From assembly GCA_024402765.1 (NCBI GenBank), contig JAKSTC010000005.1:1517-65516 (forward strand): a DNA stretch of 64,000 nucleotides, written 5' to 3'. The DNA is from Alphaproteobacteria bacterium (lineage in GTDB: Bacteria > Pseudomonadota > Alphaproteobacteria > Rs-D84). The position numbers and the translations under genes were made by a program. Shown here one piece after another: positions 8,378 to 16,572 of this stretch (position 1 is the first letter of the stretch; each line of letters opens with the position of its first letter). Under the pieces are notes generated by a model that ran no database searches, was not told where the DNA came from, and saw nothing but the letters and a program-made list of their open reading frames with translations.

Positions 8378-8580
8378 TTTTATTATCTTTATTTTTTATG
8401 ATTGTTTGATTTAAGATGTATAAGATTACAGAGCAACTTTTATTAACTCTGGCCTTATTTTTTTCAGATATATTCTGCTTTGTGGCGATTTACAGCCCAC
8501 AACCTTCAAATATACAACTCAAACAATAGAACGATTTTTTTAAAAACTTTTTTCAAAAAAAATTCTAATTTGTTATTTTT

Positions 8581-8613
8581 TATAAACAAAGACCGCCATA
8601 ACAGACGGTCTTT
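8581..8613 (-). terminator. hairpin terminator after the 223-aa paralog gene
   Basis: AAAGACCG-10 nt loop-CGGTCTTT, with a T-rich tract on the minus strand. Confidence 0.5.
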
Positions 8614-8629
8614 AGATTTTATTAATAAA

Positions 8630-9301
8630 TTAAAAACCTACAGATTGCCATTTTGATAACTGTTTAATTTTTCTAACTTTTGAACGCAATTTGGACACTC
8701 TTTGTGCGGCAATAAGTTTACATGGATATCTATTTAAATGTTCTATAAAAATAGTCCTCTCAAGTTGATAAGGAACTTTTAAAGCTGGGACAACTTTATT
8801 ATAATTTTCAGTTTTACAATATTCAAACAATATACTAAAACCTGCGTCTTTATATTCTTTTAAAGCTTCATCCATTAACTTTTTATATTGTCTGCTACTT
8901 GCACAATATGCACGATATTCTTCCTTATTAATAAATTCCCTTTCATCAAGCACCAATAATGCTACATGCAATAATGATTTGATAGTTGGTAATGATTTTT
9001 TATATTCTTTTTCAAATTCAAGAAAAATCTGTGCTAATTTTTCTTGTGCAAACATTGGAACATTACTAAAATCTATATTATTAAATAAATAACAATCTGA
9101 TTTGTTCATCCGTTCTTGAATTTCAACTAGAGATTCTTGTTTGTTTAGTTCAATGGTCTTTGATGCACCTTTCTTTTGTATCTCTGGATCTTCTAAATTT
9201 TCCCACATAAAAGATAAATCATCTGCAATAATATGCTTTTCAACGTCCGCTTCAGGACACAGTGATGGTGATTTATAATTAATTACATATTCTTTTTCCA
9301 T
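8630..9301 (-). CDS. hypothetical protein, paralog of 9452-9892 (223 aa from the MEKEYVINYK start)
   Basis: The internal ATG at 9301 has a AAGGGG RBS 6 nt upstream. The C-terminal ~115 aa align with the neighbouring 146-aa protein (SLPTIKSLLHVALLVL vs SLPTKESLVYAYMVL; ALKEYKDAGFSILFEY vs AYDEFYDSGLHVKFDD; IEHLNRYPCKLI vs LDYVLRHPELI). Confidence 0.65.
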   Translation of the reverse strand: MEKEYVINYKSPSLCPEADVEKHIIADDLSFMWENLEDPEIQKKGASKTIELNKQESLVEIQERMNKSDCYLFNNIDFSNVPMFAQEKLAQIFLEFEKEYKKSLPTIKSLLHVALLVLDEREFINKEEYRAYCASSRQYKKLMDEALKEYKDAGFSILFEYCKTENYNKVVPALKVPYQLERTIFIEHLNRYPCKLIAAQRVSKLRSKVRKIKQLSKWQSVGF

Positions 9302-9364
9302 TTTATACCCCTTTATATAATAAGGTTTGTTAAAGTTTCGGGCTTTTTCACCCGTGCTACGTTG

Positions 9365-9418
9365 ATTTAGAATGCGTTTCACAAAAAATTCTTTTGAAAA
9401 AAATTTCTAAATAGTAAA
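9365..9418 (-). promoter_or_regulatory. conserved 54-nt intergenic block, copy B
   Basis: Matches 329-382 at 41 of 54 positions, with three perfect sub-blocks, in the same position relative to a terminator and a downstream gene. Confidence 0.5.
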
Positions 9419-9420
9419 TA

Positions 9421-9447
9421 AAAATATATGCCTCAAAAAATGAGGCA
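9421..9447 (-). terminator. hairpin terminator after the 146-aa gene
   Basis: TGCCTCA-AAAAA-TGAGGCA, with a T-rich tract on the minus strand. Confidence 0.55.
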
Positions 9448-9451
9448 CATA

Positions 9452-9892
9452 TTACCCACATAAAAAACGGTGTTCTAGTTCTTTTATTTCAAACATACCT
9501 TCAATTAGTTCTGGGTGACGCAACACATAATCAAGATAAACGATTTTATTTATATTATATCGTTCATCTTTGGCTAATGGAGCAATCATATCATCAAATT
9601 TAACATGGAGCCCAGAGTCATAAAATTCATCATAAGCATCTTTAAGAAATTCTCGTTCAACACTTCCAAAATAATCAATAATATTATTTATAAAATCGGT
9701 TCTTAATCCTTTAGCATATAAAACCATATATGCATAAACCAAAGATTCCTTAGTTGGTAAAGATGCCTTATATTTAGATATACATTTGGTCAAAATCTCA
9801 AAAAATTTCATTTGGATTTCTTTGTCTGTAATATATGGTGGAAATTCAAACATACGCAAATCTTCAACTTGTTTTTTATAAACTTTTTTCAT
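9452..9892 (-). CDS. hypothetical protein, paralog of 8630-9301 (146 aa)
   Basis: Intact ORF. See the paralog alignment under 8630-9301. Confidence 0.65.
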   Translation of the reverse strand: MKKVYKKQVEDLRMFEFPPYITDKEIQMKFFEILTKCISKYKASLPTKESLVYAYMVLYAKGLRTDFINNIIDYFGSVEREFLKDAYDEFYDSGLHVKFDDMIAPLAKDERYNINKIVYLDYVLRHPELIEGMFEIKELEHRFLCG

Positions 9893-9923
9893 TTTTTATC
9901 CTTTTGTTAATTTGTTAATTATT

Positions 9924-9952
9924 AAAAAAACATTGCGCCCCGAAGGGCGCAA
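9924..9952 (-). terminator. GC-rich tetraloop hairpin plus T7 between the methyltransferase and the 146-aa gene (terminator or attenuator)
   Basis: TTGCGCCC-CGAA-GGGCGCAA followed on the minus strand by T7. Only about 30 nt remain before the next start codon. Confidence 0.5.
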
Positions 9953-9957
9953 AGTAG

Positions 9958-11709
9958 CTAGCACTGCTTTGGCAGCATTTGAATTAGCCTTTTTACCAGT
10001 TTTGGCATAAAGGCTTCGCCGATAACTTCACGAATCAATCTATCATCGGCCCATTCAGGTATCGGATAATTATCAGGTAAACCAGATACACGCAATAATT
10101 CTAATATAGTCAAATAGCGTGCATCTGAATATGTACCATCAGACAACGGACGCCCTGGATGTATTGTCGTATATCCTGATACAATATTTGTTTGTGTGAC
10201 AATCGTATTACATGGCTTTTCCCAAGATTTACGTTTAAAACTTGTTCTAAACCATGCATTACTAAGTTTACCATTAACATTTTTTGGTTTATATTCTGCC
10301 TGATTATCATGTGCAGAACATCCTGTTGGAGTATGTTTTAATACTTCAACTTGACATCTTGGTAAAGGGTCTGCAACATGATACGGTATACCGCTGTCTT
10401 CACCGGCTTCAATTGATGGTAAATCACCGATACATTCCCACAACATTGGTCTTCGTTTATCTGGATAAGGAAATTCCCAAAGTCCATTTTTAGAAGCCGT
10501 AATTATTGCCCTTTTTCTACATTGACAAGTTCCGTAATCAGCAGCATCCAAAATACCAATATTTACTATATATCCCAAAGCTTCTAATTCGCCTTTGATA
10601 TATTCAGCAATATTTTGATATTTTGTACCAGATAATACATTTGGACAAGCATTAAGAAATTCTGGCACATTTTCAATCATAACAAATTGATTTACGTCAT
10701 CCGTTGCTTTAATAAACTCTAATGTACGTAAAAATAAAAGTGCTTCTGAAGAATTATAATCTTTGTTTCCAGCTGGACTAAAAGGTTGACATGGTGGACT
10801 TGCCAAAACCATTTTACAACCTTTTTCATGATATGCCGCAATCAGTTTATTGAAGATATCATTATCATAAAAATCACCTTCAATCATATTACAATGCGGA
10901 TAAACTTCCTTATACCATGCTACACGTTCTGGTAAAATTTCATTTGCAACAGCATTTATCACATTTAACTCATGTAAGTAATATTCACCAATACCAACAT
11001 TTGCAAATAATTGCGTGTAATATAAAGGATTAGATTCAGTATATTTTGCACAAAAAGCAGAATCTGGATAAGTTGCTACTTTACCAATATAATCAACATT
11101 TGTCGATTGGTGGTCTTCCGGTCTAGTTTTACGTTTCATACGTATCGCCCAGTTTCTAGACACAATATTAGTGGTTTCACGTGCCATGTTTTTTGCTCTC
11201 TCAACACATTCTTCATCTAAACTATTAATTTCACGTGCTTGTTTTGGTGTTAAACCCATTTCAGCAATTAAATCTGCTTTGGTCTTTACACTTTTGTTTC
11301 TACGACCTTGTGACTTTGGTAATTCTTTTAATTGCTTTGATATTTCAAGTTCAGCATCCAACAAAAGTTCTGCATATCGTTGCGTACTTGTAAAGATATT
11401 TTGATACATACCTTTTGGTAAATTAGGTTTCTTTAATAAAGATTCACCTAATTTAACCGCTGTCTTTTGCACCGTAATAAATTCAATTAATTCATTAGGG
11501 TCTGTTGGGATAGCAACATTAGTATTTGCATTTACAAATAAAGCAGGCAATTTTATATCTGCCTGCTCTGATATGATTTCTACTTCTGTTGTTGGTTCTT
11601 TTCTTTCATCTTTATTTATTGTTTCGACATTTAAAGATGTTTCTATATCTTGAATTACTTCATTTAAATTTGATTCTTCAAGACCTAATTTTTTTGCAAA
11701 TATATCCAT
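9958..11709 (-). CDS. DNA (cytosine-5) methyltransferase with an N-terminal extension of about 240 aa containing an HTH-like segment; no adjacent restriction enzyme recognised
   Basis: Motif IV ASPPCQPFSPAG, motif VI MIENVPEF, motif VIII QCRKRAII, motif I-like LFANVGIGEY and motif X-like GEAFMP. The start at 11709 (MDIFAKK) has a AAGGAG RBS. The N-terminal segment KADLIAEMGLTPKQAREINSL resembles a phage/plasmid HTH module. Confidence 0.85.
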   Translation of the reverse strand: MDIFAKKLGLEESNLNEVIQDIETSLNVETINKDERKEPTTEVEIISEQADIKLPALFVNANTNVAIPTDPNELIEFITVQKTAVKLGESLLKKPNLPKGMYQNIFTSTQRYAELLLDAELEISKQLKELPKSQGRRNKSVKTKADLIAEMGLTPKQAREINSLDEECVERAKNMARETTNIVSRNWAIRMKRKTRPEDHQSTNVDYIGKVATYPDSAFCAKYTESNPLYYTQLFANVGIGEYYLHELNVINAVANEILPERVAWYKEVYPHCNMIEGDFYDNDIFNKLIAAYHEKGCKMVLASPPCQPFSPAGNKDYNSSEALLFLRTLEFIKATDDVNQFVMIENVPEFLNACPNVLSGTKYQNIAEYIKGELEALGYIVNIGILDAADYGTCQCRKRAIITASKNGLWEFPYPDKRRPMLWECIGDLPSIEAGEDSGIPYHVADPLPRCQVEVLKHTPTGCSAHDNQAEYKPKNVNGKLSNAWFRTSFKRKSWEKPCNTIVTQTNIVSGYTTIHPGRPLSDGTYSDARYLTILELLRVSGLPDNYPIPEWADDRLIREVIGEAFMPKLVKRLIQMLPKQC

Positions 11710-11736
11710 TTTTAACTCCTTTATGTGTTTTTGGAT

Positions 11737-11778
11737 AAAAAAAAACACCCTTGGCCAAAAGGCCAGAGGGTGCTTTTT
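11737..11778. terminator. strong bidirectional hairpin (A9 - 11-bp stem - T5)
   Basis: CACCCTTGGCC-AAAA-GGCCAGAGGGTG (one bulge), flanked by an A-run and a T-run. Confidence 0.5.
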
Positions 11779-12393
11779 ATGATTTAAATTAGTTTTAGAA
11801 AGTTTATTGGGATTTATTCTATGTCATTTGTTTCTCCTTTGGTTGTTTGGTTTTTAAAAGAAAAAAGCAAAAAAATCCCCATTGTATAAAAAAAGGCACA
11901 AAAAAGTGCCATTATATCACAAGTTATCTACAATGTTTTATTGGGAAATTAGTTTTTGGAAAAAAAAGTAAAAAAAAATAGGGCATAAAAAACCCAACAT
12001 AAAAATGCATCAGCACTCAACACTATTATATTAAAACATATTTAATGAATGTTTTTTATATAATGACTTAATATATACTAAGCTAAATTAATATTTAACT
12101 TTTGTATATGTTATTATCATATCATCAAAAATATGTTTTGTAAAGCAAAAAAAATTATTTTACTGAATTTGATTGTTTTACATATATAAAAAAGTCCCTA
12201 AAGCGCGTTTTTTTGCGTTTTACAGACTTTTAACATCTTGCCCATAAGGACACAAACTTATTAAAAAAATTATTTAATGTAGATTCGGTAAACCTAACTT
12301 ATCTTTAAAAAGTTGTATTTCATGACCGATAGCTATTAAATCCATATAGTAATCAGTTCGAGAACTGCACACCGAGCACAACCAGTTTTAAAT

Positions 12394-12420
12394 AAAAAAC
12401 GGCCATTTTGGTCGTTTTTT
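12394..12420. terminator. bidirectional terminator-like hairpin
   Basis: A6-ACGGCC-ATTTT-GGTCGT-T6. Confidence 0.4.
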
Positions 12421-12660
12421 ATTTAAAATTTGTATGTGGTTCGTGGTTTGTGACCTGCAACGCAGTTGCCGGTTCACAACAAGTAGATTTGATAAGTGAA
12501 ACGCAATCAAATCGTTACGGTTGCCGCGTAGCCGGCACATTTTGTGCCGTGCGAGCGAATTCCATTTCCCTGCTCTTTTATTATTTCTATAACCAAGATA
12601 TACAACCGTTCGTTTAAGAGCGGTTTTTGTTTGGATTTCTAATACTTTCACAGAGTTCGA
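12421..12660. other. GC-enriched, highly structured non-coding block (candidate sRNA, oriT/sso-like site or decayed gene)
   Basis: Nested hairpin 12448-12479 (TTGTGACC-T-GCAAC-GCA-GTTGC-C-GGTTCACAA), hairpin 12533-12549 (CGGCACA-TTT-TGTGCCG) and hairpin 12604-12625 followed by T5. The overlapping ORFs on both strands have no recognisable features. Confidence 0.3.
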
Positions 12661-12709
12661 AAGTCGTATTTTCAAAAATTGCTATTTTTCTAGCATTTTC
12701 GTGATTTTG

Positions 12710-12718
12710 TGATATAAT
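12710..12718 (+). promoter_or_regulatory. extended -10 promoter element (TGaTATAAT) for the 143-aa ORF
   Basis: TG at 12710-12711 and TATAAT at 12713-12718, about 55 nt upstream of the ATG at 12773. Confidence 0.45.
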
Positions 12719-12772
12719 CCACCAAGTCAATTAAGAATTTTAGTGCAAAGTTATTACAAAGGTGAATAAAAA

Positions 12773-13204
12773 ATGACTAAAAAGAAAAATATTTTTATCA
12801 AAGCACATGATACTATTGTGCATTTTTTTGGTTATAATCAAAATAAGGTAGAATATGTACAAAAATACCACGAAAAACTTTTAAACCAACATGGTATGGA
12901 TGAGTTTTTAAAAACCATGAAAGATGCAAAAATGATTAATATTTCTATTGAGAAAAACTACCTACCTATTTCTCCGTTATTTGATATCTATAGTCCTTAT
13001 TTTACATATAAAATTGATAAATATACTATTTTTCGTGATGGTATTTACGTTGATGGAAAAAAAACATTAAAATTAGACAAAAAAATTTTTACTATGATTG
13101 AGAACCGAGCAATGGAACTAAATCCCAAAGAAGTGAAAAAAGTCAAAAAAGAAATAAAAGAAAGTTTCGGCAAAAGGGTATACAGCCTTTCCAAAGAAAG
13201 GTAG
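12773..13204 (+). CDS. hypothetical lysine-rich protein (143 aa)
   Basis: Intact ORF with a AAAGGTG RBS and an upstream extended -10. No motif recognised. Confidence 0.55.
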   Translation: MTKKKNIFIKAHDTIVHFFGYNQNKVEYVQKYHEKLLNQHGMDEFLKTMKDAKMINISIEKNYLPISPLFDIYSPYFTYKIDKYTIFRDGIYVDGKKTLKLDKKIFTMIENRAMELNPKEVKKVKKEIKESFGKRVYSLSKER

Positions 13205-13250
13205 TTGAATATCGTGAAGCATAACAAACAACAAAACCAGTTTTAATTTC

Positions 13251-13865
13251 TTATTCAAAACACTTTTTAAGTGTTTCACTGGTTGAACTTTCGTCCACCC
13301 TGCGATTTCTGATTTCTTCGGCGGCGAGTATTTTTTGTTTAATCAAAACCATATCAGGATGATTTTGTAATTTATCATTTAATATATTTATTGCGTTTTC
13401 TACTTCATCATAAGATGATACAAATATTGGCATAATTGAATTTGCGGCTGAAAAAACATTTTCTTCTAATTCACTTTTAAAATCTTCTATGACTGACAAA
13501 TATGCCTGGATATGTTGATCTTCGTGTGTCAAAACCGCATTATAAGTGCAAGAATCTGGTTTATGCCGTATATCAACCTTTACTAAAAAATCACTATAAC
13601 CAATAATAGCATCTACATTTTTTAAACCAACACAAAAACCATCTTCGATTGGTGTAATATCGGCGGTTATATCGTATGAATCAACCAAAGTCGCAATTAC
13701 ATTTCCATGATATAAATCCATTTGTTCCAATGGTTGAACAACAGATTTTTGCCAAATTGGTTCTGTAACACTAATTTTTGGTTTTAATTTATATACAACA
13801 CAATCGTCAGCAAAAACACCCAGGGAAAAAAATATTCCGATAAAAAAAACAATAAACTTATTCAT
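13251..13865 (-). CDS. secreted putative HExxH zinc metallopeptidase (DUF922-like), translationally coupled to virB4
   Basis: Signal peptide MNKFIVFFIGIFFSLGVFA and HEDQH motif (VLTHEDQHIQAY). The start ATG at 13865 overlaps the virB4 stop (ATGAATAA). The DUF922 assignment is tentative. Confidence 0.6.
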   Translation of the reverse strand: MNKFIVFFIGIFFSLGVFADDCVVYKLKPKISVTEPIWQKSVVQPLEQMDLYHGNVIATLVDSYDITADITPIEDGFCVGLKNVDAIIGYSDFLVKVDIRHKPDSCTYNAVLTHEDQHIQAYLSVIEDFKSELEENVFSAANSIMPIFVSSYDEVENAINILNDKLQNHPDMVLIKQKILAAEEIRNRRVDESSTSETLKKCFE

Positions 13866-16266
13866 TTTTCTTAAGGTATTCTGCAACAAAACTATCACCA
13901 TAATTTCTGTATAATTCTTCTGCTAATAATACCGAAGAACGCCCAGATTCAAACAATTTTAATAAATTCCCCAGACCCCCCAGTTCTGTATTTAAAATCA
14001 CAGATTCGCCATTTACCGGACGCGATAATAACACCGCGCGTTTAAGGTTTGGATATGCCTTGCCCTGGATAAATGCCATCTCCAACGGATTTAAATTCCA
14101 ATGTGCATAGTCTGACGCATCCGCCGCCGGGTTACGGAAGAATAATACAGTTTGTGCCTGACCACGAACAACATCCCCTATTCCCAGTTTATCAAGAACA
14201 TTTGCGCGCTGGAAAGCAACCATATATGCCTGTCTATTTTTACGACCTTCTTGTAAGCCCGCTATAAAATTATCACGGAACATTTTGTTTTCAAGCATTG
14301 GCGCAGTTTCATCAATCATAATCAAAGACGGATTTCCACCCGACACAGTTGTATTATTTATACGATGTAAAATATAAGAAATTACCGCAGGTGATAAGGT
14401 TTCATCTTGTAAAATATCTGTAAAATCAAATGTGGTCAGGCGAGCCTGTAAATCAAGTGTATCAGAATCTTCATTAAATATGTCGCCATATTGTAATGGA
14501 TCAATCCATTTTTTTAATGCCGGACGCATTGCACCATTTGATGAAAAACAACTTTCCCACAGGTTAGATAATTTTCTATCCTTATCAGATAAATAATCAA
14601 AATTCACAGATACAGCACGCGCAATTTCATCGGCAGAATTTGGATCAGATTGTCCAGAAATAATTGAAAACCAACGTCTTAAAAACGCCCTATTCGCCGC
14701 CGTATCAGGCATTTTTAATGGATTAAGATGAGTTTCAAAACTCTTTTCCATCGGGTTAGTATTTTTATCCTTGCCGTTCATGGTTATATACTTACCACCG
14801 ACCGATAATGTAAATATCTCTGCCCCTTTATTTCTATCAAAGAAAAATGCCTTTAATTTTTGATGTCTTAACGATTGTGCAATCAAGAACGAAAATAATG
14901 TTGTTTTACCACCACCGGTTGGACCAATGGTTAATGTATGTCCCACCGCCGCGGGTTTATCAGATACATGAAATTGAAATTGATACGGTGTTCCCTGGGC
15001 GGTTGGAAATACAACCAATGGGCCCGGCCCCCAATCAGAATTTTCAACACCGGTTGGAACACTCGCCATCGGGATGCTTATCACTGCGGTTTTTGATAAT
15101 AATTTAAAACTGCGTGGGAAAGTATCAAACCCTGGTATTTGTGCAAACCAAGAAACATTTGATGCAAAATTTTCAACAATTGGTGATATACCAAACGATG
15201 CAGATATTTTCTTAAACTCACCAACATATTCATTTACTTCATTAATACTATTTCCAAAAAGTATGAACAACGGATAATAATTAACCAAACTCTGATTTCC
15301 AGAAACATTTTCATCCATTACAGATTTTGCAACATCAATTTGTTCAATTGTAGATTCTTTATTTTCATCCGCCGTTGATGTGCGTTGACGTAGTGTTGAT
15401 GTAACATCGGCCAACCCCATTATACGAAACGCATTCATAATAATCATTTCAGATTGAATTGTTGTGATTGAATTAAAAAATTCTTCATCCATATAATCAG
15501 GCGCAACCTTGAACGATAAAAGTACAGCATATTGTTGATTAGCGCCACTGGTATATTTAACAATTCCATTATCTATAAATTCAACATCATCAACAGCAAT
15601 ATTTTGATTTATATTATCATCACAAAATTTTGGTTCTGGTTTTGTAATTGGCGATAAAATACGACCAAAAAATCGCGCCATATTATCAGAAATATTATTT
15701 TTTAATACCTTTGGTTTATATGCTGCCAATATAGATTCAATATAATTTCCATATTGTTCTAACTTTTCATTTTTATTATCACCATACACTGATAAAACAA
15801 CATAATAATTATTAACAAAAATCTTTAACCCCTGACCCTGCCACTTATCATTTATTTTTTGCAGTGTTGCCTGATGAAATTCATAGTCTGTTTTTTGTTC
15901 AATTTTATCACGTGTTGTATAAAATCTTATAATAACCCCTGAATCCCTTATTTGATTAAATAATTGTGCACGTAAATCTAAAAATTTCGCGCGTTCTTCA
16001 TCTGTCTGCATACTAACCTGAATACCGTCCAGGTGATAAACCTTGATACTACTACCACCCTCTATTGAAATAGTGTTATTATTATTAACCTTTTGAAATG
16101 GTAAATATGCAGAATAATTAGAATAACCAAATTGTGGAAAAATTTTCTTTGTTAATGTTGGTATATAAATAAGTAAAATTAAAAAGGCCAAAATAACAAT
16201 ACCAACCAATACCGTCAAAGTTATTGGAAAACCTGTTTCTGCAAAATAATTAATTATTTGTTCCAT
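13858..16266 (-). CDS. virB4: type IV secretion system ATPase VirB4
   Basis: 802 aa with an N-terminal TM segment, Walker A GPTGGGKT and Walker B-like LIMIDE. The size and the position after virB3 are typical. Confidence 0.92.
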   Translation of the reverse strand: MEQIINYFAETGFPITLTVLVGIVILAFLILLIYIPTLTKKIFPQFGYSNYSAYLPFQKVNNNNTISIEGGSSIKVYHLDGIQVSMQTDEERAKFLDLRAQLFNQIRDSGVIIRFYTTRDKIEQKTDYEFHQATLQKINDKWQGQGLKIFVNNYYVVLSVYGDNKNEKLEQYGNYIESILAAYKPKVLKNNISDNMARFFGRILSPITKPEPKFCDDNINQNIAVDDVEFIDNGIVKYTSGANQQYAVLLSFKVAPDYMDEEFFNSITTIQSEMIIMNAFRIMGLADVTSTLRQRTSTADENKESTIEQIDVAKSVMDENVSGNQSLVNYYPLFILFGNSINEVNEYVGEFKKISASFGISPIVENFASNVSWFAQIPGFDTFPRSFKLLSKTAVISIPMASVPTGVENSDWGPGPLVVFPTAQGTPYQFQFHVSDKPAAVGHTLTIGPTGGGKTTLFSFLIAQSLRHQKLKAFFFDRNKGAEIFTLSVGGKYITMNGKDKNTNPMEKSFETHLNPLKMPDTAANRAFLRRWFSIISGQSDPNSADEIARAVSVNFDYLSDKDRKLSNLWESCFSSNGAMRPALKKWIDPLQYGDIFNEDSDTLDLQARLTTFDFTDILQDETLSPAVISYILHRINNTTVSGGNPSLIMIDETAPMLENKMFRDNFIAGLQEGRKNRQAYMVAFQRANVLDKLGIGDVVRGQAQTVLFFRNPAADASDYAHWNLNPLEMAFIQGKAYPNLKRAVLLSRPVNGESVILNTELGGLGNLLKLFESGRSSVLLAEELYRNYGDSFVAEYLKKNE

Positions 16267-16556
16267 TATGCAGCCAACCTTTTAGGTATTCTTTTTTTTA
16301 TTAATTGTATTTTAGCCTTTATAATATTATCAATTTGTGGTTCTTTTTTTGAAAATACAATCAAAAATCCATGAACAATTAAAACAGATAATAAAAACCA
16401 CAATGGATTAACATCTATACCCTTGAAAATCAACATTGTTACAAACACAATAGCAAAAACAATAAACTGAACCAAAAAGTTAATAATTGCCAACGAATAC
16501 GGCACATGAAATATGTACGCAGGATTCGCCAAAGCCTTTAAAACTTGTTGTTTCAT
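16266..16556 (-). CDS. virB3: type IV secretion system protein VirB3
   Basis: 96-aa protein with two TM segments whose stop overlaps the virB4 start. The size and hydrophobic pattern fit VirB3. Confidence 0.75.
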   Translation of the reverse strand: MKQQVLKALANPAYIFHVPYSLAIINFLVQFIVFAIVFVTMLIFKGIDVNPLWFLLSVLIVHGFLIVFSKKEPQIDNIIKAKIQLIKKRIPKRLAA

Positions 16557-16572
16557 TTCTCTCTCTTGTAAC

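Noticed and set aside
433-11709. DISARM-like or classical R-M interpretation (helicase + PLD + C5 methyltransferase within 12 kb)
   Set aside because: No DUF1998 (DrmB)-like gene and no SF2 DrmA-type helicase is present. The three genes lie on different transcription units, separated by plasmid-type genes and terminators. I therefore kept only the helicase/DUF4236/PLD grouping as a hypothesis.
12340-12395. tRNA-like or att-like T-arm (CAGTTCGAGAACTG) near 12354-12367
   Set aside because: It has only a 4-bp stem with a 6-nt loop. No acceptor, D or anticodon arms could be built, and it does not match the 3' end of any tRNA in the window.
12388-12675. 95-aa (minus) and 69-aa (plus) ORFs in the GC-rich block
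   Set aside because: They overlap each other on opposite strands, have no RBS and are rich in Arg/Cys/Asn with no motif. The region is dominated by hairpins, so it is treated as non-coding.
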